From assembly GCA_040383865.1 (NCBI GenBank), contig JBEICT010000003.1, forward strand, positions 1-40,149: a stretch of 40,149 nucleotides of DNA, written 5' to 3'. The notes beneath the pieces were generated by a model that saw only the letters and a program-made list of their open reading frames with translations, did no database searches and had not been told where the DNA came from. The first letter of the stretch is position 1; every line of letters starts with the position of its first letter. The translations under genes and the position numbers were made by a program. This stretch comes from Flavobacteriales bacterium (GTDB taxonomy: Bacteria > Bacteroidota > Bacteroidia > Flavobacteriales_F > PHOS-HE28). Positions 34,939 to 40,149 of this stretch are shown here, piece by piece.

Positions 34939-35712
34939 ATGATCAAGCAGTTCATCCGGGCGTTGTTCCATCCCCTTGCGACCCGAATGGGGTACGTGCG
35001 CCCTGGCAAAGCGGTCTCCCCAACTCCTGCCGTTGAGGTGGGTGACAAACGAGATCTCCTGCAGACGTTCTATGGCGTGCTGGCCAGTGCGGGGTTCGAG
35101 CCAGCGCACATCATCGACGTGGGGGCCAACCACGGCTCCTGGACGCGGGAGGCTCGGGCCAGGTTCCCGCATGCACGGATCACCATGCTCGAGCCCCAGG
35201 CCTGGCTGCAACCCAGGTTCCAGGACCTCTTGGACAAGGATCCCTTGATCCGGTTCTTTCCCGTGGGCGCGGGCAGGAAGCGCGGGTCCTTCCTGTTCAC
35301 CATCGCCAAGCGGGATGACAGCAGCACCTTCCGCCTTTCCGCGGAGGAGGCGAAGGCCCGTGGATTGGAGCAGAAGGAGATACCGGTGGTGACCCTGAAC
35401 GAGCTGGTCGCGGAGAACGGGCTGCCTGTTCCGGACCTCATCAAGATCGACGCCGAAGGGCTGGACATGGAGGTGCTGGAAGGCGCGAGCGACTTCTTTG
35501 GCCGCACAGAGGTGTTCATGGTAGAGGCCGGTGTGGTGAACAAGGTGTTCGCGAACAGCCTGCGCGATATCGTGAACTACATGGACCAGAAGGGTTATCG
35601 CTTGGTCGATATCACGGACCTCAATCGCCCCTTCGACGTGCCGGTGCTGTGGTTGGTGGAACTGGCCTTTGTGAGGAAGGGAGGCGTGGTGGACAGCCGG
35701 AAGTGGTCATGA
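34939..35712 (+). CDS. FkbM family methyltransferase
   Basis: IIDVGANHG, MLEPQ, LIKIDAEGLDMEVLEGA. Confidence 0.9.
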   Translation: MIKQFIRALFHPLATRMGYVRPGKAVSPTPAVEVGDKRDLLQTFYGVLASAGFEPAHIIDVGANHGSWTREARARFPHARITMLEPQAWLQPRFQDLLDKDPLIRFFPVGAGRKRGSFLFTIAKRDDSSTFRLSAEEAKARGLEQKEIPVVTLNELVAENGLPVPDLIKIDAEGLDMEVLEGASDFFGRTEVFMVEAGVVNKVFANSLRDIVNYMDQKGYRLVDITDLNRPFDVPVLWLVELAFVRKGGVVDSRKWS

Positions 35713-36830
35713 GCCTGCACCAGGGAGCCATGGAGCAGCATCCTTCGAGCAGCGGACCGATCTTCGTCACGAAGGCCTTTTTGCCGCCTGAGGAGGAGTA
35801 TTTCGCCTACATCCGCAAGGTCTATGCGAGCGGTATCCTCACCAACAATGGTCCGATCCACAAGGAGCTCGAAGAGACCTTGAGGGTCCGTGCGGATGTG
35901 CCGTTCTACCGCTTGATGAGCAACGGTACCCTGGCCATCCAATTGGCGATCCGTGCGCTGGGCATCCGCGGTAAGGTCATCACCACGCCCTACAGCTATG
36001 TGGCCACCACCAGTGCGCTCCTCTGGGAGGGCTGCGAGCCGGTCTTCGTGGACATCGACCCGCACACCTGTTGCATCGATCCCTCCCTGATCGAAGCGGC
36101 CATCACCCCGGACACGACCGCCATCCTGGCCACGCACGTCTATGGCATCCCCTGCGATGTGGAGGCCATCGATGCCATTGCCAAGAAGCACGGCCTGAAG
36201 GTGATCTACGATGCCGCCCATGCCTTCGACGTTTCCTACAAGGGGCGCAGCATCCTGCAGTGGGGCGATGCCAGCACGCTGAGCTTCCATGCTACGAAGC
36301 TCTTCCACACCGTTGAGGGCGGCGCCGTGGTGCTGCACGAGGACGAGCATGACAAGGCCCTGCGGCTGTTGCGCAGTTTCGGACATGTCGGCGATGAGCA
36401 CTTCTCCCTGGGGATGAACGCCAAGATGAGCGAGGTGCACGCCGCCATGGGTATGGCGGTACTGCCCCATGTGCCGGCCATCATCGCGGCACGCAGGTCC
36501 ATCTTCCAGGCCTATGACGATGGACTGCAGGGGCTTGGATCTGGGCGACCGACCATTCCCGCAGGCACGGGCTACAATTACGCCTATTACCCTGTGTTCC
36601 TGCCCTCGGCCGCTGCGCGCGAGAAGGCTCTCATGGACCTTGCCGCTCGCGGCATCAATGCCCGACGTTATTTCTTCCCCTCCTTGAACACTCTGCCCTA
36701 TGTCCGGCACTGCTCCATGCCGGTCTCCGAGGACCTCGCCGCCCGGGTGCTTTGCCTCCCCCTCTATGCCGGGCTTGGGCAGGATGATATCGAGCGTGTG
36801 CTGCTGGTGTTGCGGTCAAGCCTCTCGTGA
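35709..36830 (+). CDS. DegT/DnrJ/EryC1/StrS sugar aminotransferase (VioA-like)
   Basis: LTNNGP, SNGTLA, THVYGIPCD, YDAAHAF, SFHATKLFHTVEGG (PLP Lys), RRYFFPSL; ATGA overlap with FkbM. Confidence 0.92.
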   Translation: MSLHQGAMEQHPSSSGPIFVTKAFLPPEEEYFAYIRKVYASGILTNNGPIHKELEETLRVRADVPFYRLMSNGTLAIQLAIRALGIRGKVITTPYSYVATTSALLWEGCEPVFVDIDPHTCCIDPSLIEAAITPDTTAILATHVYGIPCDVEAIDAIAKKHGLKVIYDAAHAFDVSYKGRSILQWGDASTLSFHATKLFHTVEGGAVVLHEDEHDKALRLLRSFGHVGDEHFSLGMNAKMSEVHAAMGMAVLPHVPAIIAARRSIFQAYDDGLQGLGSGRPTIPAGTGYNYAYYPVFLPSAAAREKALMDLAARGINARRYFFPSLNTLPYVRHCSMPVSEDLAARVLCLPLYAGLGQDDIERVLLVLRSSLS

Positions 36831-37771
36831 TGGATAGCATCAGCCAATGCTCGCTAGAGGGTGTGCTGGAAGCCCTTCGCCAGTTGGGCATACCGCACCG
36901 CCTTGTTGGCCCGGCACGTCCGGTCCGAAAGGTGTGCAGCCTCCTCCATAAGGAACCCCAGGGCCTTTACTACTACACGGGCAACGCACCGGGGCCGTTC
37001 AATGACCTGGTCGATTCCGTGGTGATCTGCAGGTCGGAGGTGGCCGGATCCACAGGTACGTGTTCCAGCATCGCAGTGGAGGAGGATCCCCAGTTGGTCT
37101 TTTACCGCTTGTGCGGTCTGCTGTTCAGAACGGCCTCATCTTCTGGGATACATCCCACGGCCATAGTCCATCCGGATGCGGAGATCGGCGAACGGGTATC
37201 CATCGGGCCCTATGCCGTGATCGGACGGTCCAGGATCGGTGATGATTCGGTGATCCATGCGCACGTGGTGGTGATGGATGGATGTGAGATCGGCAACCGT
37301 GTGGTGATCGAGGCTCACAGTTGCATCGGAGCTACCGGAGTTGCCTGGATCTGGGATGATAGAGGTGAGCGTGTTATTCTCCCTCAGCTAGGCGGGGTAA
37401 CTATCGGCGACGAGGTGTTTCTCGGAACGGATGTGACGGTGGTGCGTGGCATGATAAACGAGGCCACCACCATCGAGCAGGGCTGCATGATCGCCCACGG
37501 CACCAAGATCGGACACAGCGTTCGGATGGGGCCGCATTGCCATGTAGCCAACAACGTGAGCATCGCTGGCTCCGCACAGGTCGGGGCTAGGAGCTTTTTG
37601 GGCGCTGGATGCAGCCTTCGACCTCATGCCATCCTCGCTGAAGGCACGATCGTGGGTGTGGGCGCTGCTGTGATCAAGAACGTGACCAAGCCTGGACCGA
37701 TCCAAGCTGGGGTGCCCGCCAAAGAGATGCCCGCCAAGGAGAAGCCATCAGGCATGCCAAAGCCTAGATGA
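36830..37771 (+). CDS. LpxD-like hexapeptide-repeat acyltransferase
   Basis: N-terminal ..EDPQLVF then IHPTAIVHPDAEIG, PQLGGVTIGDEV, TKIGHSV, AGVPAK; TGATG overlap with DegT. Confidence 0.85.
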   Translation: MDSISQCSLEGVLEALRQLGIPHRLVGPARPVRKVCSLLHKEPQGLYYYTGNAPGPFNDLVDSVVICRSEVAGSTGTCSSIAVEEDPQLVFYRLCGLLFRTASSSGIHPTAIVHPDAEIGERVSIGPYAVIGRSRIGDDSVIHAHVVVMDGCEIGNRVVIEAHSCIGATGVAWIWDDRGERVILPQLGGVTIGDEVFLGTDVTVVRGMINEATTIEQGCMIAHGTKIGHSVRMGPHCHVANNVSIAGSAQVGARSFLGAGCSLRPHAILAEGTIVGVGAAVIKNVTKPGPIQAGVPAKEMPAKEKPSGMPKPR

Positions 37772-37782
37772 CCGCGCAGCTG

Positions 37783-38370
37783 TCATTGCTCAAAGCCGCC
37801 TTCAATGAAGTCCTTTTTCTTCCAGTACTCCTTCTGCTTCAGTGCTTTGACGGGAACGCCGACGTAGATGCCGCTCTCCGTGAGGTCCTTGTTGACGAAG
37901 CCCATCGCTCCGATCGTCACATCGTTGGAGATCTTCACACTCGCTGCGATCTTGCTCCCTGCACCGATGTAGCAACGCTCGCCGATGACCGTGCCGTGCT
38001 TCGTTTCGTGAAGGTGTGTGCTTCCAAGCGTGATCACGTTCGGGCCCAGGAAGGCCCCTTTCTTGATCAGCACGCGGCTCGTGAGGATCGTGCCATACTT
38101 CAGCGTCACATCGTCCTCGATCTCACAGCTTTCCGCCGTGCGGATACGGCCTTGCAGGTTCACATTGCGGCCAGCGACGAGATTCTTCCCGATCTCGCAA
38201 TGATTACCCACACTGCTGCCATTTCCCAGTTGCACATTGTCTCCGATGATGGTGTAGCTGCCGATGGTGACGTTATCCCCGAAGACACAGCCCTTGCCAA
38301 TAATTGAGAAGTTGCCGATCTTGAAGTTGGCCCCGGTCTTCAGGTCCTCGGCCAAGATGTTCATGCTCAT
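37783..38370 (-). CDS. hexapeptide-repeat acyltransferase (inverted within locus)
   Basis: continuous [IV]G hexapeptides, FLGPNVIT, YVGVPVK; own -7-like box TATCTTCG at 38389-38396. Confidence 0.85.
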   Translation of the reverse strand: MSMNILAEDLKTGANFKIGNFSIIGKGCVFGDNVTIGSYTIIGDNVQLGNGSSVGNHCEIGKNLVAGRNVNLQGRIRTAESCEIEDDVTLKYGTILTSRVLIKKGAFLGPNVITLGSTHLHETKHGTVIGERCYIGAGSKIAASVKISNDVTIGAMGFVNKDLTESGIYVGVPVKALKQKEYWKKKDFIEGGFEQ

Positions 38371-38464
38371 GACTTCCTGCTTTGATGCCGAAGATACCGC
38401 GGAAATCCAGCTACGCTGGGAGTCATTGGAATTTTCTTGATCTTAGGCGCACTCTGGACCATCC

Positions 38465-39334
38465 ATGCAACCCTTGGTCACCGTACTGACCGTTACCTAC
38501 CAGCATGCGCTGTACATCGAGCAATGCGTGGATTCGGTGATGGCTCAGCGCACCACCTTTCCGGTGGAGCACTTGATCGGAGAGGATGGAAGTACCGATG
38601 GGACGCGCGAGATCTGCCAACGACTGGCCGCGGAACATCCCGATCGTATCCGTCTGTTCCTGCGCGACCGCAACGATGTGCTCTACATCGACGGAAAGCC
38701 CACCGGCCGATCGAACTTCGTTAAGCTGCTAGGTGATGCCAAGGGCAGGTACATCGCGCTATGTGAGGGCGACGACTATTGGACCGATCCCTTGAAGCTG
38801 CAGAAGCAGGTGGAGTTCCTTGAGAGGAACCCATCTTACGCCATGTGCTTCCACCGGGCGGATATGTTGATGAACGGAGCGCGGAAGTTGCATGCGATAC
38901 CTGCTGACATCGACCTGGACAATGTGACATTGGATGATCTGCTTCGGACGTACAACTTCATCACCACGGCCAGCGTGGTGTACCGGAATGTCACCCGGGA
39001 AATGCCATCCTGGTTCTGGGAAGTTCCTTTTGGCGATCTGGCGCTGCACGCGATCGTCTCCCGGCATGGTCGCATCAAATGCATGGATGAGGTGATGTCC
39101 GTTTATCGCATCAACGATTCAGGTTCGTGGTCGGGGTTGGATGAACGAGCCCGGTGTTTGAGCTACCTGAGGTTCTACGATGTCATTGAGCCGCATCTGA
39201 CGCCCGCTCAGCGCTCGATCGTGGACAAGAAGCGTGGGGAATATCTTGATCGGCTGGCCGAACTTCGCTGGCCGGATAGTTGGTTTCGAAGGTTCATTTA
39301 CCGGAAGTTCCTGGTCCACAAGCAGCGCAGTTGA
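38465..39334 (+). CDS. glycosyltransferase family 2
   Basis: VTVLTVTYQH, GEDGSTDGT, IALCEGDDYWTDPLKLQKQV, MSVYR. Confidence 0.92.
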   Translation: MQPLVTVLTVTYQHALYIEQCVDSVMAQRTTFPVEHLIGEDGSTDGTREICQRLAAEHPDRIRLFLRDRNDVLYIDGKPTGRSNFVKLLGDAKGRYIALCEGDDYWTDPLKLQKQVEFLERNPSYAMCFHRADMLMNGARKLHAIPADIDLDNVTLDDLLRTYNFITTASVVYRNVTREMPSWFWEVPFGDLALHAIVSRHGRIKCMDEVMSVYRINDSGSWSGLDERARCLSYLRFYDVIEPHLTPAQRSIVDKKRGEYLDRLAELRWPDSWFRRFIYRKFLVHKQRS

Positions 39335-40143
39335 TGCCCCCCAAGGTCTCCATCGTCATCACCTGTTACAACCTGGGAGCCTACCTGCCCGAGGCGCTCT
39401 CCAGCATACCGGACCGACCCGATGTGGAGGTGATCGTGGTGGACGACGGTTCCACCGACCCCCTCACCAGACAGGTGATCGCCGGGCTTGACCGCTCGCG
39501 CTACGTTGTGATCGAACAACCGAACCTCGGTCTGGGCTGGGCCAGGAACAATGGATTCGCCCAGGCTCGTGGAGCCTACATCATTCCGCTCGACGCCGAT
39601 AATCGCATCAGGCCCGTCTTCATTGAGCGGTCCATCGAATTGTTGGATGCGCGACCGAACGCTGGTGTGGTGTACGGCGATGCCGAACAGTTCGGTGAAC
39701 GCGCCGGGCGTTGGATGATGCGGCCCTTGGACTTCAGACGTATGATCAGGCAGAACCATATCGATGCCTGCGCGTGTATCCGACGTGAAGTCTGGGAACA
39801 GGTGGGCGGCTATGACGAGCATATGCCGTGCATGGGTTATGAGGACTGGGACTTGTGGCTGCGATGCGCTGTGGCAGGGGTCGAGTTCCACTATGTGCCG
39901 GAGATCTTCTTCGATTACCGTGTACGGGCAGGCAGCATGATCAGTGTGGCTTCGGAACGAGTGGAGGAGATCGCCGCTTACATGTTCAACAAGCCGGAAC
40001 TGCGGTTCCTTGCGCCGTTACGCGAGCACTACATCAAGCTCCTGCGCCCCATAGATGACCAATTGAGCACGAGCCAACTGTTCGTCATGCTGCGCGGCAG
40101 GATATGGCGCAAGCTGGGGAGGATTCTTCAACTGAGGGGATGA
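39334..40143 (+). CDS. glycosyltransferase family 2
   Basis: VSIVITCYN, VVDDGSTD, ARNNG, PLDADN, GGYDE, EDWDLW; TGATG overlap with previous GT2. Confidence 0.92.
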   Translation: MPPKVSIVITCYNLGAYLPEALSSIPDRPDVEVIVVDDGSTDPLTRQVIAGLDRSRYVVIEQPNLGLGWARNNGFAQARGAYIIPLDADNRIRPVFIERSIELLDARPNAGVVYGDAEQFGERAGRWMMRPLDFRRMIRQNHIDACACIRREVWEQVGGYDEHMPCMGYEDWDLWLRCAVAGVEFHYVPEIFFDYRVRAGSMISVASERVEEIAAYMFNKPELRFLAPLREHYIKLLRPIDDQLSTSQLFVMLRGRIWRKLGRILQLRG

Positions 40144-40149
40144 GCATGC

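Noticed and set aside
36830-37771. calling the acyltransferase lpxD
   Set aside because: Context is a variable glycan locus and motifs are diverged; likely a sugar N-acyltransferase paralogue
40140-40149. ATG overlapping the last GT2 stop, probable next gene
   Set aside because: Only 3 codons in the window; cannot be supported

Overview
GC-rich Bacteroidota chromosomal segment, probably Flavobacteriales-like. The assignment rests on T9SS C-terminal domains, TAnnTTTG -7 promoter boxes and typical gene families. About 46 densely packed CDS; no rRNA, tRNA, CRISPR array, transposase or integrase was seen. 1-16.6 kb holds secreted and envelope proteins (two T9SS cargos, a CxxCH heme protein, a Cbp1-like lipoprotein), a VWA/AAA pair, a SiaC-like protein, a USP and Hsp20. 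16.6-28.8 kb is a minus-strand housekeeping run (rsmF-like, purA, STAS, fur-family, relA/spoT, fahA, thioesterase, YeeE/YedE pair, USP, glyA). 28.9-30.1 kb is a translationally coupled three-gene exosortase module: a tiny PID-CTERM substrate, an exosortase and a partner membrane protein. It is transcribed divergently from a surface-polysaccharide locus (30.3 kb to the end) that joins a Wzc tyrosine autokinase to a Wzm/Wzt ABC exporter, followed by FkbM, DegT, two hexapeptide acyltransferases (one inverted) and GT2 enzymes. The best candidate for an uncharacterised system is this exosortase micro-peptide plus polysaccharide locus. Notable non-coding signals are inverted heptamer arrays (4394-4560), a sigma54-like promoter with paired palindromes before hsp20, a perfect palindrome between the divergent promoters, and many apparently leaderless genes. 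All family calls come from motif recognition by eye, not database searches.
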